Notes under the pieces: generated by a model
What the model saw: only the letters and a program-made list of their open reading frames with translations
The model's database searches: none
What the model was told of the DNA's origin: nothing
Position numbers and translations under genes: made by a program
NCBI GenBank assembly: GCA_035624185.1
Contig: DASPRZ010000063.1
Span: 2,349 to 66,348, forward strand
Direction of reading: 5' to 3'
Origin: Candidatus Acidiferrales bacterium
GTDB lineage: Archaea; Halobacteriota; Bog-38; Methanoflorentales; Methanoflorentaceae
DNA: 64,000 bases
In this document: piece by piece, positions 40,941 to 50,658 of the stretch
Layout of the letters: each line of letters starts with the position of its first letter
Numbering within the stretch: position 1 is the stretch's first letter

Positions 40941-41951
40941 TCATTTTACAATTTCGACGTACTTACCACTAATTTTTATTTTAATACCATTTCCATGGAT
41001 TTTACCGACTACTTTTGCATCACTGCTTACTTGCGTAATTTTTTCTATTTCGGACTCAGGAGCAATTATGGCAAAACCCATGCCCATGTTGAACGTCTTA
41101 TACATTTCTTCTATATCTACTCCTTCTGAATGTATCATTTTGAATATCGCTTGGGGTTCAAGAGGATCAAATATATCGAATCCTAAGTGTGTGAGTCTTC
41201 GCAGATTTAAAATGCCCCCGCCTGTTATATGAGCGAGGCCGTGAATTTCACAATTTTTAACTATGCTCAAAACTTCAGAGTAGATCCTTGTCGGAACAAG
41301 AAGTTCATCTCCTAGGATTCGTTCCATTGCCTCATATTGTTTGTAATATGAATACTTCGTGAGAAGTTTTCTGGCTAGAGTTAATCCGTTGCTATGAATT
41401 CCACTGCTAGGAATCCCGATTATGATATCTCCTTCTGTTATTTTTTCTCCTGTGATTACGGCGCCTTTTTTCGTAATTCCTATGCAAGCCCCAGCAAGGT
41501 CGAATCCTCTAATTATTTCTGGAAGACTTGCAGTTTCTCCTCCAACAATCGAAATATTTGCAATTCTAGCTCCGTTTTCTAGCCCCATACCAATCTGATC
41601 TATTATAGAGGGTTCAATGCTTTCCATAGCGAGATAGTCAACAAAAGCTACTGGTTCAAGCCCCATAGCATAAAGATCATTAACATTCATAGCAATGCAA
41701 TCTATTCCAATCGTCCGCCAATTGTCCATTTCACTAGCTACAAGCACCTTAGACCCAACGCCGTCTGTAGTAATACCAATAATGTAATTTCCTAGATTTA
41801 AAAGTCCAGCGTAGCCCATATCAACATCTATTGGAGATCCGAATCCCTTACGTTTATATGTGAAGTGTTTAGTCAGGGCTTTTACTGCTGATTCTTCCGC
41901 TAAGATGTCTACCCCAGATTCAGCATATGTTAATGGGTGTCTATCAGTCAT
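40941..41951 (-). CDS. purM: phosphoribosylformylglycinamidine cyclo-ligase (AIR synthetase)
   Basis: ..TYA.SGVDI......A...L.........G.......TDGVGSK......ID.IAMNVNDL...G.EP.AF.DYLA.., 336 aa. Confidence 0.9.
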   Translation of the reverse strand: MTDRHPLTYAESGVDILAEESAVKALTKHFTYKRKGFGSPIDVDMGYAGLLNLGNYIIGITTDGVGSKVLVASEMDNWRTIGIDCIAMNVNDLYAMGLEPVAFVDYLAMESIEPSIIDQIGMGLENGARIANISIVGGETASLPEIIRGFDLAGACIGITKKGAVITGEKITEGDIIIGIPSSGIHSNGLTLARKLLTKYSYYKQYEAMERILGDELLVPTRIYSEVLSIVKNCEIHGLAHITGGGILNLRRLTHLGFDIFDPLEPQAIFKMIHSEGVDIEEMYKTFNMGMGFAIIAPESEIEKITQVSSDAKVVGKIHGNGIKIKISGKYVEIVK

Positions 41952-42330
41952 GAAGTTTGCCTTTGTAATCCTAACCTATTCATTTCATTACAGAGTGATT
42001 CTAAGTTCGTAAATATAGCTGCGACCACATATCTGCATAACTTAACGACGTAGAATGATGTTTATCGCTAACGGTTTCTTGTTTATCCATTCTTAGGTTT
42101 ACGTATTAAGTTTTATCTGTTGCTAAAATTAACTAGTTAAAGTGAAAATTACATTATGTTAATAGAAGTAGTGAGTTTCACAAAATGAATCACCTTGTCT
42201 CTCCAATGAATTTCAATGAGATGAATACTTTTGGCATAGTGACGTTAGATAATGAGTTAAATGGTTGAAGCGCAAAATACTCTATTTAAACGATCTTTTT
42301 TTATTAAACCTTGACAGGAGTAATATTGAA

Positions 42331-43746
42331 TCAATTTATTTCAGAGAGCTTGAATTCGTCGTGTAATGCTGCAACAACATTTTTCGCCGCGTTTCTCTTC
42401 ACCACAAAAGATACGTTATACTCGCTCGATCCCTGACTTATCATAGTTACACTAACATGAATTTTGCCTACAGATCTAAATATTCTACCTGCTATGCCAG
42501 GGTTGCCCGCCATTCCCGAACCTACAACGGCTATTGCACTTACGTCTTCATCGCAAGTAATCTCTCGTATAATGTTTCCTTCGAATTCAGATTTTAATTG
42601 GTGAAGAGCAGTTAGTGCGCTACTCAAATGCGCCTCCTCAACGAGTATTGAGATGTTTGACTCACTTGATGCCTGACTGATCATAATTATGTTAACGCCC
42701 GCAGTTGCCAACTTCGAAAAAACATGAGCAGCTATCCCGATAGTCCCGGCCATTCCTGCACCTGAGATGTTTACAAGTGAAACATCACTAATTGTTGTCA
42801 CAGCTTTTACAATATTTTTATTGTTTTCCACTCGGTGAACGATTACAGTTCCTTGCCCATCTGGGTTAAATGTATTTTTTACTCTTACTGGAATGCCCCT
42901 GCTGATTGCAGGTTCGATTGTTTTAGGATGTATCACTTTTGCACCAAAGAATGATATTTCCATAGCCTCGAGATACGAAATCTCAGGGAGAGTTTTAGAA
43001 TTTTTCACTAATTTTGGATCAGCGGTCATTATTCCATCGACATCAGTCCAAATCCATATTTCGTCTGCTTCAGAAGCTGCTCCAACGATTGCCGCTGTAT
43101 AATCTGAACCTCCTCTACCGAGGGTGGTTATAATATTATGGGTATCGTATGCAATAAAACCCATTATCACAGGTATAACTCCTACGTCTATTAGTGGCAC
43201 TATGCGTTCTCGTACCTGTCTATCGGTTATCTCTGTAGGCCTAGCAGCTCTGTGTTGGCTATTTGTAATTATCCCCGCTTCTCCGCCCATTAGAGAAACG
43301 GATTGGACCTTTAACGATTTTAATGCTCCTGAGACAATAGGTGCAGAAAGTCTTTCACCAAAAGAGGAGATATAATCATGTGATCGATCAGTTAGTTCTC
43401 CAAGATAATAAATTCCTGACAGTACATTTTTCAACTCTTCAAGACGTACTTCGAGTTCTGAAATTACGTCTGTAATTATCATTTCATCTTCAATAGCGCT
43501 GTACACCGCATCAAAGTGTCGTTTGCCGAGTTGTTTTACAAATTCTGTTACTGCATTCAATTCTGCGTATTCAGTTGTCATACTTTCTGCTACAGATTGG
43601 AGCATATCAGTTATGCCCGCCATAGCAGATACAATGACTACAATTTCATTTCCTGCATCGTAATATCTCTTAACAAGCTCAGCAACTTTTTTTATTCTAT
43701 CACCGTTGCCTACTGAAGTACCACCGAATTTCATCGCATATCTCAT
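42331..43746 (-). CDS. lysC: aspartate kinase with C-terminal ACT domains
   Basis: ..MKFGGTSVG...RI..VA.LV......VVIVSAM.G.TD.L......LGRGGSDYTAAI.GA....DEI.IWTDVDGIMTADP, 471 aa. Confidence 0.9.
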   Translation of the reverse strand: MRYAMKFGGTSVGNGDRIKKVAELVKRYYDAGNEIVVIVSAMAGITDMLQSVAESMTTEYAELNAVTEFVKQLGKRHFDAVYSAIEDEMIITDVISELEVRLEELKNVLSGIYYLGELTDRSHDYISSFGERLSAPIVSGALKSLKVQSVSLMGGEAGIITNSQHRAARPTEITDRQVRERIVPLIDVGVIPVIMGFIAYDTHNIITTLGRGGSDYTAAIVGAASEADEIWIWTDVDGIMTADPKLVKNSKTLPEISYLEAMEISFFGAKVIHPKTIEPAISRGIPVRVKNTFNPDGQGTVIVHRVENNKNIVKAVTTISDVSLVNISGAGMAGTIGIAAHVFSKLATAGVNIIMISQASSESNISILVEEAHLSSALTALHQLKSEFEGNIIREITCDEDVSAIAVVGSGMAGNPGIAGRIFRSVGKIHVSVTMISQGSSEYNVSFVVKRNAAKNVVAALHDEFKLSEIN

Positions 43747-43953
43747 AATGAAGTTCCTTTACGGCCCGATAACGGTTTAATATCGATATAATTATATTAA
43801 AGCCTTCTGTAAGTGAGTTTTCATGTTCAAAACATTTTTTTCAGATTAAATTTTAAGCTTTTTTCTTAATACTGCTAGATTTAATGTGTGGCTTAGCTTT
43901 TTGATCCTTGATAGTTAAAGATACAATCTTGTGAGACCTCGTTTTCTTTTTTT

Positions 43954-43961
43954 AAAAAAAA
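43954..43961 (-). terminator. T8 tract (minus strand), part of a T7/A8 palindrome downstream of the S2P-TraB-M50 operon
   Basis: The plus strand reads ctttttttaaaaaaaagg. On the minus strand the first element met after the 44234 gene end is T8. Confidence 0.35.
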
Positions 43962-44233
43962 GGTGTTATACAACTTCGTTTGGGCAAAATGAAGTACTAC
44001 GACTATTTTTTCCTGCTAAGTTCTAGCCACAAGTTATCTCTTGTTATCTTTTAAGTCTGTTATTAACTCCTACAAGTATAAGCAACTCTCTTTTTGTGTT
44101 TGTATTCTATTCATCGCAAAATAATACTAGTGAGAACGTGGTGTGCGTTGTTAAATAGCGTCGTTGCCTCAGTTATAAATTATAAGACGAAAATAAGGAA
44201 CGCGTTTTATGCGCATCATGTTACATCTATAGC

Positions 44234-44839
44234 TTAAGAAAAAATCGTTAAAAGCACATAAGTGGCTCCTAAGAATGGCAGTATGGCGATCGCAATATAT
44301 TGAGGGACTCCCCATGCAAGTACTTTTTTTCCATCGAGAACACTTATTGGGAGCAAATTGAATGCCGAGAGCCATATATTGATTATAAATCCGTAGTATC
44401 CGATCTGTGCGATAATTCCTCCAAGCAATGTTACGAGCAGATAAATGCCTGCAAGCCCCAAATTTAGGAGCGGACCAGATGCTGAAATAACGCCATTTTG
44501 TTTCTTTGTAATGCCTCGGCCATAGATCAGAGTAGCTCCTGGAGCAGCGAAGACTATGCGTATTATATACGCAAGGAATACTGAAAATATGAGCATAGTG
44601 TAGTTTGCTCGAAATTCAGACCAAAATCCAAATCGCTGAGCTGTAAATTTGTGCATCAATTCGTGCAACACAAATCCCGTTCCTACAACTAAGAGTGAGA
44701 TTATGAAACCCTGAACTAAATTTGGTATTGACGTTGTGAAAAAAGCTGGTCTAAGCACGAGAGAAAAAGCAAATGATACTGCTAACCACGACAGAGTAAG
44801 GTCTTGGAGTTCTTTCCTGCTCGTGCTTATCGTTGGCAT
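44234..44839 (-). CDS. minimal M50-family (site-2 protease-like) membrane metalloprotease
   Basis: 201 aa, polytopic. HExxH (VLHELMHKF) plus the second S2P motif AFNLLPISVLDGKK. Confidence 0.75.
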   Translation of the reverse strand: MPTISTSRKELQDLTLSWLAVSFAFSLVLRPAFFTTSIPNLVQGFIISLLVVGTGFVLHELMHKFTAQRFGFWSEFRANYTMLIFSVFLAYIIRIVFAAPGATLIYGRGITKKQNGVISASGPLLNLGLAGIYLLVTLLGGIIAQIGYYGFIINIWLSAFNLLPISVLDGKKVLAWGVPQYIAIAILPFLGATYVLLTIFS

Positions 44840-44842
44840 TAC

Positions 44843-46048
44843 CTAAAGTATCCCTCCTATCAGTCGTGAAAGGGCATGGGTTAGGATGTCATAGATATTG
44901 ACACCGGTCATCGGAAATATTACGAGTAGGGCAATGAATGTTGCAACTGAACTTCCTATGTTTATAAATGCGACATTCATTAGTATTCTAAAAAGTTTAT
45001 TTGAGAATAACTCTCGTACGGACCCCACTTTAGTCAGCCCCTTGAAATCTGCTGCGGTTGGAGGTCTTTTTCCGGCTTCGATAACGCCCGCAATTACTCC
45101 CACTTTCAAAAATGGTATTGGTATAAACGGGCTAAACCCAGCATAACAAGCCGATGTTATTATAGCGAGCGGATGACTTTTGCTTAAGGTTGCACATGTT
45201 GCCGCCAAAGTTGAATGTAACAAAAACCAGCACCCAAGAGCGAGTATCAGCTGATTAAATGGCACTCCAGAAGTAAACAGTAAAGCAAATAGAGCACATA
45301 TTATACCTAGAAAAACGATGCCAACAATCTTTACGGAGCTGAAACGTTTCTTAGGCACTGTATTTATTGAGTCGAGCGGAAGAATGCGCTCAGGGTTATC
45401 CAAGTACTTTTGGATGCCGTCTTTATGCCCAGCGCCGACTACTGCTAAGATCCTTCCCCGCAACCTCAGCAATGACCCAGCAATATAGGCATCTCGTTCA
45501 TCTACAAGCACACTCGCTGCGTTGGGTGAAAACTGTCTTAGCTCTTGCATGAGCTGTGCGATAACATCGTCGTCGGTAATGTCATCAACTTCAATTTGAT
45601 CGTCGCTCCTAATAATGTCAAGGAGTGCTTTGAGCATTTTAAACTTTTCAAATATACTCATTTTTGACCAGAATCGCCCAATAGTGACGCTAATGTCCCG
45701 GTCAACAAGTGCAACCCTCGCCCCAACGTTTTGAGCGGATTCTATAGCAGCTAGCATATCACTTCCGGGTTTTACATTGACGTCCTTGCCAATTTTATTC
45801 TGTACGTATGCCAGAAGCCAATGAACTAAGAAATGATAAACTTTGCCGCTAGCGAGAATATCCTTTACAGATACATCTGGGGTCTCAGAAGAGATTAAAG
45901 CATTGTAGCGGTTCGCACACAGTTCTACAGCCACAACGTCAGGCTTTTGCGTTTCTATAGCCTGCTGTACTTCGTGAATACTTTTTTCTGATACGTGTGC
46001 GGTTCCTATAATAGTGATGTCTAAATTATCTGTTAATTCGTCGTTCAT
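44843..46048 (-). CDS. TraB/PrgY/GumN-family protein with a C-terminal membrane domain
   Basis: ..ITIIGTAHVSEKS........PDVVAVELC..R......AVVGAGH..G are the TraB-family motifs. The C-terminal ~170 aa contain several TM helices. Confidence 0.8.
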   Translation of the reverse strand: MNDELTDNLDITIIGTAHVSEKSIHEVQQAIETQKPDVVAVELCANRYNALISSETPDVSVKDILASGKVYHFLVHWLLAYVQNKIGKDVNVKPGSDMLAAIESAQNVGARVALVDRDISVTIGRFWSKMSIFEKFKMLKALLDIIRSDDQIEVDDITDDDVIAQLMQELRQFSPNAASVLVDERDAYIAGSLLRLRGRILAVVGAGHKDGIQKYLDNPERILPLDSINTVPKKRFSSVKIVGIVFLGIICALFALLFTSGVPFNQLILALGCWFLLHSTLAATCATLSKSHPLAIITSACYAGFSPFIPIPFLKVGVIAGVIEAGKRPPTAADFKGLTKVGSVRELFSNKLFRILMNVAFINIGSSVATFIALLVIFPMTGVNIYDILTHALSRLIGGIL

Positions 46049-46053
46049 GTAGG

Positions 46054-47166
46054 TCAGGTCTGGATAACGCGCGCTATGGTCCCGTCAGGTCGTATTATCT
46101 CTTCTCGAGCTTCTGCAAGAAGTGTAATGGCGTTAGTTAGATCATTCCTAGTAATTATGCCTACGAGCGATTCTCCATCAACGACTGGGATCCTACCGAT
46201 GTTCTTTTGCGAAATCTTCATTATAATGTCGCTCGCATCTTCATCTGGAGTTGCAACGACCAATTCCCGCCTCATAATATTTCCTACCATTATGTCATCG
46301 CGACGATCTACTGGAACTTGTCGAGCATCCGTAAACGTCACTATACCGACTAGTTTTCCGCTATCAACAACAGGGTACCCCATGTGTTTTCGTTCAAACA
46401 TTAGGTCGATAAGCTCGGATATCTTCATTTCAGGAGATACTATGACCACATCTGTCGTCATGATATCTTTTACTTTTATGCCTGAAAGCGTTTCGGAAAC
46501 CGAGGTTTGGCGTCCCTCCTCTGACGCTGCTATGTAGATAAAAAATGCGATTATTATTAAGAACGCATTATAAAAAAGTCCAATTAGTCCCATGAAAACT
46601 GCAAGAGTTTTGCCTATTTGAACTGATATTCGTGTAGCTTGTAGATACGATCTATTCCTAGCTAAAACTGCCCTTAATACTCGGCCGCCATCCATTGGAA
46701 AAGCGGGTATTAGGTTGAAGCCCCCTAAAACAAGATTTATGTATGCAAAAAGTTTAACGAACAGACTTGGTACTTGTTCTGTAATAAAAAATGAAGGTAT
46801 CAAAAATATAATTCCGAGAGCAACGCTCACCATGGGACCAATTAGTGCCACGGGAAGCTCGATTCGTGGATTTTTTGGAATCTCGATAGCTGAAACTCCT
46901 CCAAACAGATAGAGAGTTATACTCTCTATTTTGATGCCATACCTCATAGCCAAAAGCGAGTGACCTAATTCGTGGAGCGTTACACAACCAAATAGCCCAA
47001 GGGCAGCAGCGATTCCATATATATATGCATTTTGTATGTTTCCAAATCCAATTGGAGATGGAGATATCGCAAAAAGTACAGCAAAGAACGGAATAATAAG
47101 CAAAAAAGTGATATGAATGCGTATAGGTATGCCTTTTATTTTGGCAATTTGGAATGACCAGGGCAT
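46054..47166 (-). CDS. site-2 protease (M50) with tandem CBS domains
   Basis: HExxH (TLHELGHSL), GFNLIPAFPMDGGR, then two CBS repeats (..VKDIMTTDVV.V......GYPVVD.GKLVGIVT..D ; ..VGNIM.RELV......IGR.PVVDGE.LVGIIT.ND). Confidence 0.85.
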   Translation of the reverse strand: MPWSFQIAKIKGIPIRIHITFLLIIPFFAVLFAISPSPIGFGNIQNAYIYGIAAALGLFGCVTLHELGHSLLAMRYGIKIESITLYLFGGVSAIEIPKNPRIELPVALIGPMVSVALGIIFLIPSFFITEQVPSLFVKLFAYINLVLGGFNLIPAFPMDGGRVLRAVLARNRSYLQATRISVQIGKTLAVFMGLIGLFYNAFLIIIAFFIYIAASEEGRQTSVSETLSGIKVKDIMTTDVVIVSPEMKISELIDLMFERKHMGYPVVDSGKLVGIVTFTDARQVPVDRRDDIMVGNIMRRELVVATPDEDASDIIMKISQKNIGRIPVVDGESLVGIITRNDLTNAITLLAEAREEIIRPDGTIARVIQT

Positions 47167-47233
47167 AAAAACGACCTACTATACCCTATTATTTAATAAA
47201 CTATATATTACTTTAGTCATAAAGCGTATGTGA

Positions 47234-47539
47234 TTGTATTTCTGTAATAATTATAAGGGAAGCGTCATTATGCGGATTGAATTGACCCAGATTATGGATC
47301 TAAATGTGTACACCGATAAAGGTGAGTACATTGGAAAGGTGGAGGACATAAAGATAGATACAAACGAAAAGAAGGTAACAGGTATAGTAGTCGGAGATGT
47401 TAACCATAATCTATTCGATATTAAATACAGATTTATCGTTATACCTTATCGTTTTGCTAAATCAATCGCTGATATTATAGTCGTTAGTAGTGTTGTTAAG
47501 ACGTTAATTTCTCGCGCCAAACCAAAAGAAGAGTCGTGA
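47234..47539 (+). CDS. PRC-barrel domain protein
   Basis: ..LNVYTDKGEYIGKVEDIKID....KVTGIVVG.. The likely start is ATG 47270. The stop overlaps the thg1 start. Confidence 0.65.
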   Translation: MYFCNNYKGSVIMRIELTQIMDLNVYTDKGEYIGKVEDIKIDTNEKKVTGIVVGDVNHNLFDIKYRFIVIPYRFAKSIADIIVVSSVVKTLISRAKPKEES

Positions 47540-48276
47540 TGAAGGATCACGAGATCTATTCTAATTTGCGTGTCGTCGCCCCCTGTTTTCTTAGGGCTGA
47601 TGGAAGAAATTTCAGAAAGACGCTTACGAACTTAAAGTGCGAGCAGCCATATGATCTTCGATTTGCTAAGATCTTGGTAGATACGTCAGAACTGTTCATA
47701 CGTACTAGCGGTTTATCTCCTACACTTGCTTTCACTTTTTCAGATGAGATAAATTTACTTTTTTATAAGACGCCATTTAGTGGGAGGGTTGAGAAGTTAA
47801 ATTCTGTAAGCGCCAGCTATATCTCCAGCGCTTTTACATTGAAAATGCATCTCAACGCACCTGTAGCATTTGATTGTCGAGCCATTCCTTTGAGCCCTGA
47901 TGATATTCCCGCCTACCTTGTTTGGAGGCAAGCAGAAGCTTGGAGAAATCACACGAACGCCTACGGATATTACTGTTTACGAAAAGCAGGATCTAGTGCT
48001 AAAGAAGCGCACGAGAAGATTCGCTATATGTCGTCGAGTGAAATCCACGAACTCGTATTCATGCATGGAGTGAATCTTGCAAAAACTCCAGTTTGGCAGC
48101 GACGAGGGATTCTTGTATACAAAGAGAGGTATCAAAAGTCCGGATATAATATGCTCTTAAAACAAGAAGTTGTGACTTCGCGGACGAATGTTGTCCAAAA
48201 TTGGAATCTGCCAGTTTTTGGATCTTCTGAAGGAAAAAAATTCCTCGGTCGCGTGTTGTCAAGAGAACATAAATAA
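47536..48276 (+). CDS. thg1: tRNA(His) guanylyltransferase / Thg1-like protein
   Basis: ..R.DG..F.K.T......PYD..F......T......S.....AFTFSDEI.LLF......F.GRVEKL.S..AS..S..F.., 246 aa. Confidence 0.8.
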   Translation: MMKDHEIYSNLRVVAPCFLRADGRNFRKTLTNLKCEQPYDLRFAKILVDTSELFIRTSGLSPTLAFTFSDEINLLFYKTPFSGRVEKLNSVSASYISSAFTLKMHLNAPVAFDCRAIPLSPDDIPAYLVWRQAEAWRNHTNAYGYYCLRKAGSSAKEAHEKIRYMSSSEIHELVFMHGVNLAKTPVWQRRGILVYKERYQKSGYNMLLKQEVVTSRTNVVQNWNLPVFGSSEGKKFLGRVLSREHK

Positions 48277-48418
48277 ACGTCGATACCTATATAACACTAG
48301 TGACTACAACAATGCGGTATTGAAAAATCAAAATGTGGGAGTAAGTAGGCCATTGAAAGATCTGATTTGAGCCCACGGCTTTGCTTTACGTGATTATTTT
48401 TATAAAGGAGACATCATA

Positions 48419-49858
48419 ATGGTTTTTAGTCTTTTGGGATCAAAGCCAAGGATAGCGAGAAATGCAGAGGTGTCGCTTCTCGAAATCAAGAAAGGCCCCT
48501 ATTATGTAGTAGCATCTGTAGAAGTTGGTAATACCACTACCAAATGCATTTTAACCGCCTCGAACATGAAAAACGGCAAAGCGTACATTGTTAACAAAAT
48601 CGTACATATGACGCGAGATGTGCGTGATCCGAAACCAGGAGAGGAAGTATTTGGCCGCACTCTTACTTACAGACCGCTAACACGAGGATCGATAGCTGAG
48701 ATGGTGAAAGACACACTCATTCAATCAGTCAGAACAGCAAATCTCGAGCTAGCAGATGACCTCCATTTTGTTGTGAGATCGACGGGGGTAGTCGCTGGTT
48801 TCGACCGTCCAGAAGACATAGGAGAATTTATCATAGCTCTTGCAGATGGCTGTCTTATGGCAGGAGTTAGTCCGCGGAAGATGACTCCTGCGATGACAAT
48901 AGATCATCTTCCCAAGAAGTTTCGCGAGTACAGTCTCCTTAACAAGGTAGCATTTGATGGTTCAGTCAGTGGAGTACTACCCCCAATCGGTTCAACGGGC
49001 GTCGAAGTGGTGGCTAATGAAATGGAGGGTGAGCTTGCGACAGCCGGAATAAAAGAAGGAGCAAAGTGGGCAAACGTTGATTTTAGAAATCCATGTCTTT
49101 CTATGGATTTTGGAACAACGTTTAAAGGTCGCATAACGAATGATGCACTTCCATATGCAAATACTATTGCAAACTTTTGTGGGATTTCTGGCGAAATTAT
49201 TGATTCCATAGGACGCGGCACGGGGCTCGTGAATGAAACGAGCGGAACTACATTTGATCTTCCTAAACCAAATAGGCTCAAGAGTTCGCTCCTCAAGGAA
49301 AAAGATGTGAGAGCTCTTGCTCACGAAATTCATGAGCACATAAGAATAGAAGAGGTTCCAATTTCTTCACGTCGGTTTGGGAGCGTTCCCGTAAATCCAA
49401 AAGCAGCCGAAAAAATCGGACTTACGCTAATAGGCGTCGATTCTGGCGAGAACGGGAGTGATCTCTATAAAATTTCAAAGGTGGGTCGAGAAATCTACCA
49501 CGATTTTGGAGTAGAAATGCTCTTTAACGTTATCGATTGGGTGTCATCAGGGATTGCCGAGCGAATCATAAGTACGGCATTAACAAAAGGTCTAATTAGC
49601 GACAAGACGACAATTGGTATAACCGGACGCGCGGGCATTACTGGTAGCAAGCCGCATCACATTTTAAAGATTGTTAAGGAAATGGGGCTGTATGACAAAC
49701 CACAAGATTACATTGTGTTTGTAGATGACGGCCTCGCCCGAGGTGCAGCTATTATGGCGAGGTGCATGAACTCACTAGGAACGCCAACGAATCCATTTGG
49801 TGGGCTACGTGGAGGGAAGTGTATTTTGGGCCAACGAATGAAACTACAGGCGCAATGA
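48419..49858 (+). CDS. ASKHA (actin/Hsp70-like ATPase) fold protein, resembling a 'methanogenesis marker' family (marker 14-like); function unknown
   Basis: 479 aa. Phosphate-1-like VASVEVGNTTTKCILT near the N-terminus and later DFGTTFKGR / GITGRAGITG. The family assignment is from memory and needs an HMM check. Confidence 0.4.
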   Translation: MVFSLLGSKPRIARNAEVSLLEIKKGPYYVVASVEVGNTTTKCILTASNMKNGKAYIVNKIVHMTRDVRDPKPGEEVFGRTLTYRPLTRGSIAEMVKDTLIQSVRTANLELADDLHFVVRSTGVVAGFDRPEDIGEFIIALADGCLMAGVSPRKMTPAMTIDHLPKKFREYSLLNKVAFDGSVSGVLPPIGSTGVEVVANEMEGELATAGIKEGAKWANVDFRNPCLSMDFGTTFKGRITNDALPYANTIANFCGISGEIIDSIGRGTGLVNETSGTTFDLPKPNRLKSSLLKEKDVRALAHEIHEHIRIEEVPISSRRFGSVPVNPKAAEKIGLTLIGVDSGENGSDLYKISKVGREIYHDFGVEMLFNVIDWVSSGIAERIISTALTKGLISDKTTIGITGRAGITGSKPHHILKIVKEMGLYDKPQDYIVFVDDGLARGAAIMARCMNSLGTPTNPFGGLRGGKCILGQRMKLQAQ

Positions 49859-50083
49859 TCGTTTGAATTTTCCTGTGGAAGTAGTTAGTTTACAGTTTGT
49901 CACTGTTATTTTATAACGCTAAGTGCGTATCATTCGTGATATTAATTAAGAATCAGTTGCTTTTTTATACCGATTTAGTCGCGCAAAACTTGAGAAAACA
50001 TTTTCAAATGGGATTACTAAAGTAAAATAATAAAACTAAATGGGTGTATTAAAACACCCTAATTCCGTTTTTGTTGACTATAT

Positions 50084-50644
50084 TTAATCCATCATATCTT
50101 CCGGCATCCCACCCATTCCGCCTCCTGGCGGAGCGGGTCGTTCGAATTTGGCTGCCTGAATGACATCGTCGATTCTAACGATCATGTTAGCTGCTTCTGA
50201 GGCCGACAAAATGGCCTGTTTTTTAGTTCGCGAGGGTTCCACAACATCTGGCCACATTTCGACAGCCTTCCCGGTGTTTATATCAAGTCCTGTCGTTTTA
50301 TTTCCGGTCTCATGAGATGTTCGTAAAGTAACAAGTGTATCGATCGGATCGAGGCCAGAATTTTCGGCGAGAGTTTTTGGTATTACTTCAATTGCATCAG
50401 CAAACGCCATAACTGCGAGCTGTTCTCGTCCACTAAGGGTCGAAGCGTAATTTCTCAGCCCTAAAGCGATCTCAATTTCTGGGGCGCTACCTCCTGCCAC
50501 GATCTTTCCATCTTCTATGGATGCTTGTACCACGCGAATTGCATCGTACACTGCGCGATCCATCTCTTCGACAATATGATCTGATCCGCCGTGAATCAGT
50601 ATACTAACAGCACGCGGATTTTTGCAATTTTTTATTGTGATCAT
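50084..50644 (-). CDS. thsA: thermosome (group II chaperonin), C-terminal fragment
   Basis: MITIKNCKNPRAVSILIHGGSDHIVEEMDRAVYDAIRVV...GG.APE.E.A.......GREQLA..AFADA.E.IP..LAEN.G.D, ending GGMGGMPEDMMD. Confidence 0.8.
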   Translation of the reverse strand: MITIKNCKNPRAVSILIHGGSDHIVEEMDRAVYDAIRVVQASIEDGKIVAGGSAPEIEIALGLRNYASTLSGREQLAVMAFADAIEVIPKTLAENSGLDPIDTLVTLRTSHETGNKTTGLDINTGKAVEMWPDVVEPSRTKKQAILSASEAANMIVRIDDVIQAAKFERPAPPGGGMGGMPEDMMD

Positions 50645-50658
50645 TATTCTCCCCCGAT

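Noticed and set aside
50042-50072. Hairpin gggtgt-attaaa-acaccc followed by T5 between the convergent ASKHA and thermosome genes
   Set aside because: It is probably just a terminator-like element, but it lies ~180 nt from the nearest stop codon and the stem is short, so I did not list it as a feature.
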